Positions 29,687 through 39,417 of a stretch of 64,000 bases of DNA are shown here, piece after piece (positions within the stretch are counted from its first letter, which is position 1; each line of letters opens with the position of its first letter). Source of the DNA: an uncultured Gemmatimonadales bacterium (GTDB lineage: Bacteria > Gemmatimonadota > Gemmatimonadetes > Gemmatimonadales > GWC2-71-9); assembly GCA_963771275.1 (NCBI GenBank), contig CAVYSW010000010.1, positions 780,201 to 844,200 of the forward strand, read 5' to 3'. The notes under the pieces were generated by a model. The model did not search any database. It worked only from the letters and a program-made list of their open reading frames with translations, and was not told the DNA's origin. The position numbers and the translations under genes are program-made.

Positions 29687-29783
29687 GCGCGCCCCTTCCT
29701 GGTTCCCCTCTGCGACCGACACCCTTACTTCCCAGCCGTTCCCGCGGGATTGGCCACCTGCGCGTCCGGGTCCGAGACGATCG

Positions 29784-29972
29784 TCAGGGTCGTCGCTCCC
29801 TGCGGGTCTTGCGACGCGACGAGTTGAGTTTCCGCTTCTTGCGCTCGCTGGGCTTCTCGTAGTGACGGTGCTTCCGCAAGTCAGACAGGATCCCCGCCTT
29901 TTCACACTTCTTCTTGAAGCGCTTGAGCGCCCGCTCGAAGCTCTCATCCTCGTGGATGATCACTTCCGCCAT
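29784..29972 (-). CDS. rpsU: 30S ribosomal protein S21
   Basis: [12 protein letters not shown]...[11 protein letters not shown]. Confidence 0.96.
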   Translation of the reverse strand: MAEVIIHEDESFERALKRFKKKCEKAGILSDLRKHRHYEKPSERKKRKLNSSRRKTRRERRP

Positions 29973-30084
29973 TCCCTCAAATCACCCCTTCCGAGTCGCA
30001 CCCGCGTCCGGGCAGCAAAGGTGAGAGATTGGTTCCGCGAAGCCTTTTATGATACCGGGACCCCGCGCCCGCTACAAGTGCGGC

Positions 30085-30426
30085 TCAGCCCGGCGGCCAC
30101 CCCATCTGCCGGCCACCGAGAATGTGGGCGTGGAGGTGCGCCACCGCCTGACCGCCGTGCCGGTTGGTGTTGAGCACCGTGCGATAGCCTGCCTCCGCCA
30201 CACCGGCGTCGCGCGCCACGCGGCGCACGAACGCCAGGAGCCCGCCCAGCAGGGCCGGATCGTCCGCCGCGTCGAGCGACGCGACGTGCGTCCGGGGAAT
30301 CACCAGGATGTGCGTCGGGGCCTTGGGATCGATGTCGTGGAACGCGACGAAGCGCTCGTCGCTGGCGACCAGCTTCGCGGGGATGTCCCCGCGGGCGATC
30401 TTGCAGAACAGACAGTCCCCGCCCAT
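30085..30426 (-). CDS. Histidine triad (HIT) nucleotide-binding protein
   Basis: DCLFCKI...GQAVAHLHAHILGGRQMGWPPG. Confidence 0.93.
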   Translation of the reverse strand: MGGDCLFCKIARGDIPAKLVASDERFVAFHDIDPKAPTHILVIPRTHVASLDAADDPALLGGLLAFVRRVARDAGVAEAGYRTVLNTNRHGGQAVAHLHAHILGGRQMGWPPG

Positions 30427-31574
30427 CAGCCGCCCAGCGCCTCCCGCATCTTGTCCCAGAATCCCCTGCCGCCCGAGCGCTCGGTTTCCGGCGGGTCGCC
30501 CTCGAGATCCTTGAGCCGCGTGAGCAGCTCCTCCAACTCGCGGGACAGCTTGGCCGGCGTCCACACGCGCACCCGCACGTGCAGATCCCCCACGCGTCCG
30601 GACTCCAGGCCGGGAAGCCCCTTGCCCCGCTGGGTGAGGATCGCCCCGGACTGCGTCCCCGCCGGGACGCGCACCGTGATGGAGCCGACGGGCAGCGGCA
30701 CCTCGTGCTCGGCGCCGAGCGCCGCCTGGCTGAACGACACCGGCAGATCGTACACGAGATCGTCGCCGTGCCGCTCGAAGCGCGGGTCTTCCGTCACCTC
30801 GAGCACGACGATCAGATCGCCGGCCGGGCCGCCGCGCGGCCCCGCCTGTCCCTCCCCGCGGAGCGTGAGGTAGTTGTTGCTCGACACGCCGGGTGGGATC
30901 TCGATGTCGACGGTCTTCTCGCGCCGGACGCGCCCATCGCCGCGGCATGCGTCGCACACGTCGCGGATCACCGTGCCCTCCCCGTTGCAGGTGGGACACG
31001 GCGTGACCGAGACCAGCTGGCCGAGGAACGACTGCGTCGCCCGCCGCACCTCGCCCACCCCCCCGCAGGTGCGGCACACCTCGCTGCCCGCCCCCGGTTT
31101 GGCCCCCGTCCCACCGCAGGTCGCGCACGCCTGCAACGTGCGCAGCTTGACGGCGCGCTTGGCGCCCGTCACCACTTCCGCGAGACTCACCTCGATGGAC
31201 ATGCGCACGTCGGGGCCGCGGCGCCGCGTCCTTCGGCTGCGCTCGCCGCCCCCGAAGAACGCGTCGAACCCGCCCATGTTGCCGAAGTCGCGCATGAAGA
31301 TGCCGAGCGCCTCGGCCAGGTCGGGATGGAACCCGCCGAATCCGCCCCCGCCACGCGGCCCCGCCGCGCCGAACCGATCGTACTGGGCGCGTTTCTGCGG
31401 GTCGCGCAGCACCTCGTAGGCCTCGGTCACTTCCTTGAACCGCTCTTCGGCGCGCTTGGCCCCGCTGTTCCGGTCGGGGTGGTACTCCATGGCGAGCTTG
31501 CGGTAGGCGCGCTTGACGTCCGCCTCGGAGGCGTCGCGGGAGATTCCGAGGACTTCGTAGTAGTCCCGGGCCAT
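30426..31574 (-). CDS. dnaJ: Chaperone DnaJ
   Basis: DYYEVLG, YHPDRN, four CxxCxGxG repeats. Confidence 0.97.
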   Translation of the reverse strand: MARDYYEVLGISRDASEADVKRAYRKLAMEYHPDRNSGAKRAEERFKEVTEAYEVLRDPQKRAQYDRFGAAGPRGGGGFGGFHPDLAEALGIFMRDFGNMGGFDAFFGGGERSRRTRRRGPDVRMSIEVSLAEVVTGAKRAVKLRTLQACATCGGTGAKPGAGSEVCRTCGGVGEVRRATQSFLGQLVSVTPCPTCNGEGTVIRDVCDACRGDGRVRREKTVDIEIPPGVSSNNYLTLRGEGQAGPRGGPAGDLIVVLEVTEDPRFERHGDDLVYDLPVSFSQAALGAEHEVPLPVGSITVRVPAGTQSGAILTQRGKGLPGLESGRVGDLHVRVRVWTPAKLSRELEELLTRLKDLEGDPPETERSGGRGFWDKMREALGG

Positions 31575-31575
31575 G

Positions 31576-32607
31576 TCAGCTGGCGAGATCCTCGACCATG
31601 CGGCTGGTGTGGTCCACAAGGGCCAGCACCTTCTCGTACGGCATGCGGGTGGGTCCCATCACGCCGATCACGCCCGCGAGCGAGCCGAAGCGATAGCTCG
31701 CGGTGACGATCGTCAACGCGGTGAGCCGCGGGTCGGCGTTCTCGCTCCCGATGGTGACCGTGACGCCGGGCTCGCTCCGCTGCCGCAGGGCGTCCCGCAG
31801 CAGGTCGCGCCGCTCGGTGAGCTCGAGCAGCGTCCGCATCTGGGTATTCGAGTGGAACTCGGGCTGCTCGGCGAGGAGCTGGGCGCTGCCGAGCACGAGG
31901 CTCTGGGCCGCCGCCGGCAGGTCGAACAGCGCATCGGCCTCTTCGATGAAGATGTTGAGCAGCTCCGACTCGTGCGTCCCGCCCGCGCTGTCCCGCAGCC
32001 GGTCGCGCAGGGTGGCGCGGATCTCGCGCAGCGTGAGCCCGGCGAGCCGCTCGTTGAGCACCAGCGTCACGCCGGCGACCGCTTCCGCCGGAAGGTACGT
32101 CGCCACCTGCACGAACAGCGTCCGCGCCAGCCCGCCGCGCATGACCAGGACGAGGAGCAGGCGCTCCGCCGAGATCTGCGTGAGGTCGAGCCGCTCCAGC
32201 ACCGCCGCGTCGAACGACGGCGCGACCGCGACACCCAGCTCGTGGGTCAGCACCCCCAGCACCTGCGCCGCCTTGACGAGGATCCCCTCGATCACGCCGG
32301 AATCGCGGCCCAGCTCGAGGCGCAGCCGGTCCTGGTCGGCGGGCGACACCTCGGACCGCCAGATCAGCCCGTCCACGTAGGCACGGTAGGCCAGGTCCGT
32401 GGGAATGCGCCCCGCCGACGTGTGCGGATGGAACAGGTAGCCGCGGTCCTCGAGATCGCTCATCGTGTTGCGGATCGTGGCCGCCGAGACACCCAGCCGG
32501 AAGCGCTTGGCAATGGTGCGCGACCCTGCCGGCTCGGCGGTTTCGATGTAGGTCCGGACGACAGCCGACAGGACCTCGCGCTCGCGATCAGAGAGTTGGT
32601 CCGACAT
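31576..32607 (-). CDS. hrcA: Heat-inducible repressor HrcA
   Basis: SAATIRNTMSDLE..PHTSAGRIPT, GVMGPTRMPY. Confidence 0.96.
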   Translation of the reverse strand: MSDQLSDREREVLSAVVRTYIETAEPAGSRTIAKRFRLGVSAATIRNTMSDLEDRGYLFHPHTSAGRIPTDLAYRAYVDGLIWRSEVSPADQDRLRLELGRDSGVIEGILVKAAQVLGVLTHELGVAVAPSFDAAVLERLDLTQISAERLLLVLVMRGGLARTLFVQVATYLPAEAVAGVTLVLNERLAGLTLREIRATLRDRLRDSAGGTHESELLNIFIEEADALFDLPAAAQSLVLGSAQLLAEQPEFHSNTQMRTLLELTERRDLLRDALRQRSEPGVTVTIGSENADPRLTALTIVTASYRFGSLAGVIGVMGPTRMPYEKVLALVDHTSRMVEDLAS

Positions 32608-32633
32608 AGCCCAAGTGTTGTAGTTGCACAAAA

Positions 32634-33764
32634 TTAGCCACCTTCGGCCGAAGTGGTCAAGGCGGTCACCAGGGAGTCGAGCACGAGCCAGCCCGCGGGG
32701 GTGCATCGCAGGGCGCCGTCCCGCGCTGTCAGCCACCCCTGGCTGATGGCTGCAACGACCCGGTCCTGGACGAGGGATCGGCCCTCCCGGGGCGGCAGGC
32801 CACCGTCGGTCCGGAGCGCGAGGTAGACGCGCTCCAGGCGCATCGCCGCCGGCGAGAGATCCTCCACGCCGCCGACGGGATCCTCGTCGCGGAGCACCGC
32901 CCGCTCGTACGCCACCCAGTCGCGGAGATTCCAGCGGCGGCGCCGGCCGTCGAACGCGTGCGCCGACGGCCCGAGACCGGCATAGGCCGCTCCGCTCCAG
33001 TAGGCGGCGTTGTGCCGCGCGCGCGCGCTGCCACCCGCGGCGTCCACCCGCGCGTAATTCGAGATCTCGTAGTGCGCGAACCCCGCGGCGACGAGCGTCT
33101 CGTGCGCCAGCAGGAACTCGGCCGCGTAGCGCGCTTCCGAGGCCGGCCGGGTCGCGCCCCGCGCGGCCCAGCGCGCGTAGGGCGTGCGCGGCTCCAGCGT
33201 GAGGCCGTAGACCGACAGGTGATCGGGGGCCAGCGCGAGCGCGGCCGCCAGATCGCGCGCGACAGCGTGATCCAGGCCGGCCGGCAGGCCGAAGATGAGA
33301 TCGAGCGAGAGCGAGGTGACGCCCGCGTCGCGCAGCGCCGGCACCGCGCGGAGCACCGCCGCCCGATCGTGGGTCCGGTGCATCCAGCGCAGCACGTCAT
33401 CCGCGAACGACTGCACCCCCAAGGACACGCGATTGACGCCGGACGCCACCCACGCGCGCGCGGCAGCGGGGGTCACGTCGTCCGGGTTGGCTTCGAGCGT
33501 GACCTCCGCACCGGCCACCCGCGGGAACGCGTCGAGCAGCCTGGCAAGCGCGTCCGCGGCGAGCCGCGACGGGGTCCCGCCCCCGAGGTACACGGTCTCG
33601 CACGGCGCATCGCGCCAGCCCTCGGCCGCGCGGCGGTGCGCGTGCTCCCGGAGGACCGCGTCGACGAACCGCTCGCTCGGCACCGCACGGCGCACGGCGA
33701 TGGCGAAGTCGCAGTAGCTGCAGCGCCGCGCGCAGAACGGGACGTGGATGTAGAGGTGGCGCAT
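32634..33764 (-). CDS. hemW: Radical SAM heme chaperone HemW
   Basis: YIHVPFCARRCSYCDF, GGGTPS, YEISNYA, HNAAYW; adjacent to hrcA. Confidence 0.92.
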   Translation of the reverse strand: MRHLYIHVPFCARRCSYCDFAIAVRRAVPSERFVDAVLREHAHRRAAEGWRDAPCETVYLGGGTPSRLAADALARLLDAFPRVAGAEVTLEANPDDVTPAAARAWVASGVNRVSLGVQSFADDVLRWMHRTHDRAAVLRAVPALRDAGVTSLSLDLIFGLPAGLDHAVARDLAAALALAPDHLSVYGLTLEPRTPYARWAARGATRPASEARYAAEFLLAHETLVAAGFAHYEISNYARVDAAGGSARARHNAAYWSGAAYAGLGPSAHAFDGRRRRWNLRDWVAYERAVLRDEDPVGGVEDLSPAAMRLERVYLALRTDGGLPPREGRSLVQDRVVAAISQGWLTARDGALRCTPAGWLVLDSLVTALTTSAEGG

Positions 33765-33773
33765 CATGATGAT

Positions 33774-33877
33774 CAATGTTCAATGCTCAATGCTCAATGA
33801 TCAATGCGCAATGACGAATGCTCACTCACCAAGTACTTGAACATTCAGCATTGAACATTGAGCATTGAACATTCAGC
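33774..33877. repeat. Inverted CAATGNN heptamer arrays around a CAAGTACTTG centre
   Basis: 7 units of CAATGNN, palindrome CAAGTACTTG at 33830-33839, then 5 units of NNCATTG/NNCATTC. Confidence 0.9.
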
Positions 33878-34955
33878 TGTGTCTGCCGAACACCTGCCCC
33901 GGCTCCCGGCGCACCAGGCCCCGGATCTCGAGCGACGTCAGCGTGGCGAGCACCACGGCGGGGTCGGCGTCGAGCGCCTCCGCGACCCGGTCCACGTGCA
34001 GCTCCTCGGTGTCGAGGGCGGCAAGGACGCGGCGCTCGTCGTCGGTGAGGTCGTTGGGGAGTCGCGCGCCGGGCGCGTTCTCGAGCGCGATGCCGTACTC
34101 CTCGAGCACGTCGCGCAGGCCGAGCGCGGGCTTGGCCCCGTGCTGAATCAGGCGGTTGCAGCCGAGCGACACGGGACTCGTGATCGGGCCGGGTACGGCG
34201 AGCACCTCCCTGCCCTGGGACAACGCGGCGTCCACCGTCACGAGGGCGCCGGATTTCTCGCGCGCCTCGATCACGAGGACGGCGTGGGCGAGGCCGCTCA
34301 CCAGGCGGTTGCGGCGCGGGAAGCTCCCCACGCGCGGCCGCTCGCCGGGCGGGAACTCGGTGAGCAGCGCGCCGTGCTCGCCCACCCGGTCGTACAGCGC
34401 GCGGTTCGCCGCGGGATAGATGACGCCCAGTCCGTTCCCCAGCACACCGACCGTGCCGCCGCCGGCGTCGAGCGCCGCCGCGTGGGCGAGCGCGTCGATC
34501 CCGCGCGCCATGCCGCTCACGACGACGAGCCCCGCGCGCGCGCAGCCCACCGCGAAATGACGGCACACCTCGCCCCCGTAGCGCGTGTGCGCGCGGCTCC
34601 CCACGATGGCGACGGCGGGGCGCGCGAACAGCTCGGCGTCGCCGGCCACGAACAGCAGCGTGGGGGGATCGGGGATCTCGCGCAGGGCCGCGGGGAACGC
34701 CGCATCGGACGGGGTGAGGACGCGGCCCCCCAGCTCGGTCGCCCGGCGCACCAGCCGCGCGGCCGCGGCGAGCGACGCGTGCCGCAGCGCGGTGGCGGCG
34801 GCGCAGCTGATGCCCGGCACGGCCTCGAGATCCGCCTGGGAGGCGCGCAGCACGTCCACCGGGTACGCGAACCGCGCGAGGAGACTGTCGAGCCGGGCCC
34901 GGCCGATTCCCGGCGTGAGGGCGAGCGCGACGTAGGCCAGATCGGCCGACGTCAC
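33873..34955 (-). CDS. dprA: DNA processing protein DprA
   Basis: AIVGSR, VSGMARGID, FPRRNRLVSGL, SGALVT, GCNRLI. Confidence 0.95.
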   Translation of the reverse strand: MTSADLAYVALALTPGIGRARLDSLLARFAYPVDVLRASQADLEAVPGISCAAATALRHASLAAAARLVRRATELGGRVLTPSDAAFPAALREIPDPPTLLFVAGDAELFARPAVAIVGSRAHTRYGGEVCRHFAVGCARAGLVVVSGMARGIDALAHAAALDAGGGTVGVLGNGLGVIYPAANRALYDRVGEHGALLTEFPPGERPRVGSFPRRNRLVSGLAHAVLVIEAREKSGALVTVDAALSQGREVLAVPGPITSPVSLGCNRLIQHGAKPALGLRDVLEEYGIALENAPGARLPNDLTDDERRVLAALDTEELHVDRVAEALDADPAVVLATLTSLEIRGLVRREPGQVFGRHS

Positions 34956-35980
34956 GGTGCGAAGTCGTCGTCCGCCGTGGGCTGAGATTCCGTGGCGATG
35001 GCCGTGGCGACGAGCCGCCAGAGCTGCTCGCGCAGCGTGTCGAGCCCGCGGTGCGCGACCGCCGAGACGGCGATCACCGCTTGCGCCTCGGGCGCCTCCA
35101 GCGCGGGCAGGGCGCCGTCGGGCGGCAGCAGGTCGAGCTTGGTGAACACGACGACGTGCGGCTTCCGCGCGAGCAGCGGGCTGTAGGCGGTCGCCTCGCG
35201 GCGCAGCAGGTCGTAGGTGGCGGCAGCGTCGGGCCCGTCGAGCGGGATCAGGTGCGCGAGCACGCGGGTCCGCTCGACGTGGCGCAGGAACCGGTCGCCG
35301 AGCCCCTTGCCCTGGTGCGCGCCCTCGATGATGCCGGGAATGTCCGCCAGGACGAACGAGCGCCCCTCGCCCACCCCCACCACGCCGAGCTGCGGCCTGA
35401 GCGTGGTGAACGGGTAGTCGGCGATCTTCGGCCGGGCGGACGACAGGGCCGCGAGCAGCGTGCTCTTGCCGGCGTTGGGCTCGCCGAGCAGGCCCACGTC
35501 GGCGATCAGCTTGAGAATCAGCCGAATGCGCCGGTCCTCGCCCTCTTCCCCGGGCTCCCACTCACGCGGCGCCTGATGGGTGGGGGTCGCGAACCGCGCG
35601 TTGCCGCGCCCGCCGCGGCCGCCGCGCGCCACGCGCAGCGTCTCGTCCGGCTCCACCAGCTCGCCCAAAACCTCTCCCGTGTCGGCGTCCTGGATCACCG
35701 TGCCGGGCGGGACGGGAAGGTACACGTCGTCCGACGACCTGCCCGTCTTGTTGGAGCCCTTCCCGTGCTGAGCGCGCTCCGCCTTCCAGTGATTGCGGTA
35801 CTGGTAGTCGAGCAGCGTGGACATCTGGGCGTTCACGCGGACATAGATGCTGCCGCCGTGCCCGCCGTCGCCGCCGTCCGGCCCGCCCTTGGGCACGAAC
35901 GTCTCGCGGCGGAACGACATGCAGCCCGACCCGCCGGTGCCGGCGGTGACCTGGATCGTGGCCTCGTCGAGAAACGTCAT
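34952..35980 (-). CDS. obgE: GTPase ObgE
   Basis: FRRETFVPKGGPDGGDGG, PNAGKST, YPFTTL, DIPGIIEGAH. Confidence 0.97.
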   Translation of the reverse strand: MTFLDEATIQVTAGTGGSGCMSFRRETFVPKGGPDGGDGGHGGSIYVRVNAQMSTLLDYQYRNHWKAERAQHGKGSNKTGRSSDDVYLPVPPGTVIQDADTGEVLGELVEPDETLRVARGGRGGRGNARFATPTHQAPREWEPGEEGEDRRIRLILKLIADVGLLGEPNAGKSTLLAALSSARPKIADYPFTTLRPQLGVVGVGEGRSFVLADIPGIIEGAHQGKGLGDRFLRHVERTRVLAHLIPLDGPDAAATYDLLRREATAYSPLLARKPHVVVFTKLDLLPPDGALPALEAPEAQAVIAVSAVAHRGLDTLREQLWRLVATAIATESQPTADDDFAP

Positions 35981-36129
35981 CGGGACCTCGCGACGGCCGG
36001 ACAGCACGGCGGCCAGGTGATGCTCCGCCTCGGCGACGAGGCGCGGCAGGCAGGCGCGGGGGACCGAACGCATGCCCCACGGTGGCGGCCCCCGCCCGTG
36101 CGCGACACATCAATCGGGCGCGGCACCGC

Positions 36130-37125
36130 TCATTCGAACGAGATCGCGCCGGCCGCGTCCAGCGCGCCCACGATCTCGTTCCGCGTGTTGTAGACCGGAA
36201 ACCGGGCAAAGCGATCGAGCGACGGATGGGGCTCGAACCCCAGCTGCCGCAGCACGGCGACCAGCGCCGCCATGTTGGCGCGCGCGTCACCATCCTCGAC
36301 CTTGATGGCAAGCCCGAGGCCGCGGCGCGGCAGCGCCGCCCCGTAGACCCCGTCCGCGCCCACCTTGGCGACGACGTCCCCGGGATAGGCGCGCATCACC
36401 GTGGTGCAGAGCCGATAGCGGCCGGCGACGAGATCGGGGTGGGCGAGCATCGCGCCCCGGAGCCGGGTCGCCGGCTCGTCGTCCGCGACCCCGAAGCGGG
36501 CGAACGCACCGGCCATGGCGTCGAGCGGCACCTGGAACGTCACGACGCCGCAGCCGTCCACCGCTTCCGCGATCGCGTCAGCCGGCATTCGGGTCCAGCG
36601 CGCCACTTCCGCCCGGCAGCGCTGCTGCACCGGGTGGTCCGGGCGATGGTAGCCCGCCACCGGCCAGCCGTGTGCCCGGGCGAGAGCCAGCATGCCCGCG
36701 TGCTTGCCCGAGCAGTTGCTGGCGAGGCGTCCGGGCGGCTCGAGATCGTCGGGCGGGCGCTCGTCGGGGAGCAGCACGCCCAGCTCCAGCGCCAGCGCGC
36801 GGTGCGGGCCGCACGCCAGGTCGGCCTCGGTGCAGTCGAGCCGCTGCAGCAGGCCGCGCGCGATCGCGACCTGGCGCCGCTCGGAGTTGTGCGACGCGCA
36901 CGCCAGCGCCAGCTCCTCGGGCGACATGGCGAAGCGGTCCGCCGCCCCGTCGGCGACGATCGGCATGGCCTGAAACGGCTTGGCCGCCGAGCGCATGAAC
37001 ACCGGGAAGCGCGGATCGCCGTTGGTCGCGACCCGACGACCGGCGGGATCCACGACGGCGAGCGAGACCCGGTGGACCGACTCGACGGTGCTGCCGCGGC
37101 GGGCTTCGATGGTGAGTGACGACAC
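36130..37125 (-). CDS. L-asparaginase II (Rhizobium AnsA type)
   Basis: RSAAKPFQA, CASH, NCSGKHAG, DGCG, KVGADG, KVEDG. Confidence 0.88.
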   Translation of the reverse strand: MSSLTIEARRGSTVESVHRVSLAVVDPAGRRVATNGDPRFPVFMRSAAKPFQAMPIVADGAADRFAMSPEELALACASHNSERRQVAIARGLLQRLDCTEADLACGPHRALALELGVLLPDERPPDDLEPPGRLASNCSGKHAGMLALARAHGWPVAGYHRPDHPVQQRCRAEVARWTRMPADAIAEAVDGCGVVTFQVPLDAMAGAFARFGVADDEPATRLRGAMLAHPDLVAGRYRLCTTVMRAYPGDVVAKVGADGVYGAALPRRGLGLAIKVEDGDARANMAALVAVLRQLGFEPHPSLDRFARFPVYNTRNEIVGALDAAGAISFE

Positions 37126-37136
37126 GGGGGAATAAT

Positions 37137-37237
37137 CAATGTTCAATGCTCAATGTTCAATGCCCAATGTTCAATCCTCAATGGTCAATGTCCAACTACT
37201 TGGATATTGAGCATTGGTTATTGAACATTGGACATTC
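37137..37237. repeat. Inverted CAATGNN heptamer arrays around a CAACTACTTG centre
   Basis: 8 units of CAATGNN-like, centre CCAACTACTTGG, 5 units of NNNATTG; occupies the divergent intergenic region. Confidence 0.9.
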
Positions 37238-37253
37238 GCTGTAGATTGTGCCC

Positions 37254-38786
37254 ATGCGTGCGTTGGTCGCTCTCGCCCTCGTCCTGGCCCCGGTGGGGGC
37301 GGCAGGCCAGCAGCTCCCGCCGCACGCCAATCTCCCGCTCGATCACTGGACGATGCCCTACCTCGAGCACCTCGTGGCGCGCCGGGTCGTCGCCGACCCG
37401 ACGCCGCTGGTGCGCCCGTGGACGGTGGGCGCGATCGGCCGGGCGGTGGCGGCCGCCGACACGACCCGCCTCTCCGTGGCGGACCGCGCCACGCTTGCGA
37501 TGCTGCGGCGGGCCCTCGTCCCCGAGGCCGCCGACCTCACGCTCACGGCAGGGGCCGACGCGGGCGCGCGCGCGGCGACGCACGCGCGGCGCACCGCGTT
37601 CGATCTCCGGCCCGCCGGGCCGGGCGACGTCGTCCCGGTGGGGGGCTTCACGCTCGGGCTCCAGTTCGGGCCCGCGCTCGTGCTGATGCACCCCGTGTGG
37701 CTCGGCAACCTGTACGACGACCCCGACGTCGGCGCCACGAAGCAGCCGATGCGAGGCCGCTTCGCCGAGGCGTACGTGGCGTATCGCTCGCGCCTGTTCG
37801 ACCTGGACTTCGGCAACGTGTCGCGCAACTGGGGCCCGCCGATGTTCCCCGGCCTGCTGTTCTCCACCTGGACGCCGTCGATCGACCATCTGTACCTGCG
37901 GTTCGGGCCGCCCGCCATTTCGCTCGTGCTGGTCGTGGCGCAGCTCGATCGCATGGCCAACACGAACGGCGACCTGAGCAACCGGTACTTCTACGCCGGC
38001 CGCCTGCAGGTCCGGCCGGCCCGCTGGATCGATCTCGCCGCGTGGCAGGGCACGATCGCGAGCGGCCCGAACCGCTCGGTCGACCTGTGGTTCCTCAATC
38101 CGTTCAAGACCACGTTCCAGTCGCGCGACGAGCACCAGCAGGCGGCGAACGTGTGGCTCGGCGGGGATGGCGAGCTGCGGCTGGGCCGGTTCACGCTCGA
38201 CGGCAGCCTCACGATCGACGACATCCAGCTGTTCAAGTCGGGCGGAGCGGGCGACCAGGAGCCGCCGTCGTACGCGGGCTCGGCGACGGTGACGACGCAC
38301 GCCGGGCCGGTCGGGTTACGACTGGGGTACACCCGCGTGAGCAACCTGATGTACCGCACCGGCGACCCGTCGGAATCACCGATCACCGGCGTGAACCTCG
38401 GGCGCAGTCGCTTCGGCACGGGGCTGGCGCGCAACTTCAGCGACTACGAGCAGGCGACGTTTTTGGCGACGTTCGTGCCGCTGCCGGGCGTGCTGCTGCA
38501 GCCCGAGCTCACGTGGCTGCGTCAGGGCGAAGGCGATTTTCGCCTGCCGTTCCCCACGAGCGCCGAATACGCCACGACGCCCACGATCTTCGCCGGCATC
38601 GTCGAGCGCACGTGGCGCACGGCGCTCCGCGCCTCGGTGCACCTGCCGTTCGATCTCACCGTCGAGGGGGACGCCGGCGCCCACTTCCTGGCGAACGCGC
38701 AGCACGTACAGGGCGCCAAGCAGACCGACTTCGTCGGCAGCCTGGTGGTGCGGTTCGGCGTCAGCCGGCTTTGGGGACTGCACTGA
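37254..38786 (+). CDS. Exported protein, probable outer-membrane beta-barrel (capsule assembly Wzi-like)
   Basis: Signal peptide, N-terminal helical P-x-D-x-x-Y segment, amphipathic beta strands, GNVSRNWGP. Family call is by resemblance only. Confidence 0.5.
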   Translation: MRALVALALVLAPVGAAGQQLPPHANLPLDHWTMPYLEHLVARRVVADPTPLVRPWTVGAIGRAVAAADTTRLSVADRATLAMLRRALVPEAADLTLTAGADAGARAATHARRTAFDLRPAGPGDVVPVGGFTLGLQFGPALVLMHPVWLGNLYDDPDVGATKQPMRGRFAEAYVAYRSRLFDLDFGNVSRNWGPPMFPGLLFSTWTPSIDHLYLRFGPPAISLVLVVAQLDRMANTNGDLSNRYFYAGRLQVRPARWIDLAAWQGTIASGPNRSVDLWFLNPFKTTFQSRDEHQQAANVWLGGDGELRLGRFTLDGSLTIDDIQLFKSGGAGDQEPPSYAGSATVTTHAGPVGLRLGYTRVSNLMYRTGDPSESPITGVNLGRSRFGTGLARNFSDYEQATFLATFVPLPGVLLQPELTWLRQGEGDFRLPFPTSAEYATTPTIFAGIVERTWRTALRASVHLPFDLTVEGDAGAHFLANAQHVQGAKQTDFVGSLVVRFGVSRLWGLH

Positions 38787-38788
38787 GA

Positions 38789-38877
38789 CACCGCAGAGAT
38801 CGCAGAGCACGCAGAGGAGTGACGGGTGGGGACGGTACGGTCAGGTCCTCTCTGCGGTCTCTGCGCTCTCTGCGGTG
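38789..38877. repeat. Inverted 9-bp (NNCGCAGAG)x3 palindromic element between convergent genes
   Basis: CACCGCAGAG ATCGCAGAG CACGCAGAG ... CTCTGCGGT CTCTGCGCT CTCTGCGGTG. Confidence 0.88.
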
Positions 38878-38886
38878 CAAAACGGA

Positions 38887-39417
38887 TCAGCCGTTCCATC
38901 CCTCCCGCTCGCGCAGCGCGGTGATGTGCGCGATGTGGTGGCGGCCGTGCCAGGCGTACAGCGCCACCAGGTAGTCCACGTTCATCGCGCCGCTCTCCGG
39001 GTGATGCAGCGGCCGGGCGAACGCCGCCGCGTCGAGCGAGCGGAGCAGCACCACCCAGCGCGCGTGCAGGTGCTCCAGCAATCCAAGCGACAGCTCGATT
39101 GGCGCCGTCCGCGCGTCCGCCAGCTCGGCCCAGCGCTTCTCCTCGTACGGCCTGATGGTGGGCATCTCCTCGGTGAGCGCGAGCTTGATGCGGGTGTATG
39201 CGTTCACGTGGCTGTCCGGCACGTGGTGCACGACCTGCCGCACGGTCCACCCGCCCGGCCGGTAGGGGGTGTCGAGCTGGCCGTCGGAGAGCCCGCGCAC
39301 GGCCGCCCGCAGCCCCGCGGGCGCCGCGGCGATCTCGCCGATCCAGCGCTCGCGCAGCGCCGCGTCGGCGATCGTGGGAGGGGCAAAGCGGCCGATCGGG
39401 TATCGCAGGTCGGTCAT
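38887..39417 (-). CDS. YfiT/BstA-like DinB-family thiol transferase
   Basis: DLRYPIGRF, YRPGGWTVRQVVHHVPDSH, YAWHGRHHIAHI. Confidence 0.92.
   Translation of the reverse strand: MTDLRYPIGRFAPPTIADAALRERWIGEIAAAPAGLRAAVRGLSDGQLDTPYRPGGWTVRQVVHHVPDSHVNAYTRIKLALTEEMPTIRPYEEKRWAELADARTAPIELSLGLLEHLHARWVVLLRSLDAAAFARPLHHPESGAMNVDYLVALYAWHGRHHIAHITALREREGWNG

Noticed and set aside
32608..32640. CIRCE element upstream of hrcA/dnaJ
   Set aside because: No TTAGCACTC-N9-GAGTGCTAA match seen; only an AT-rich spacer.
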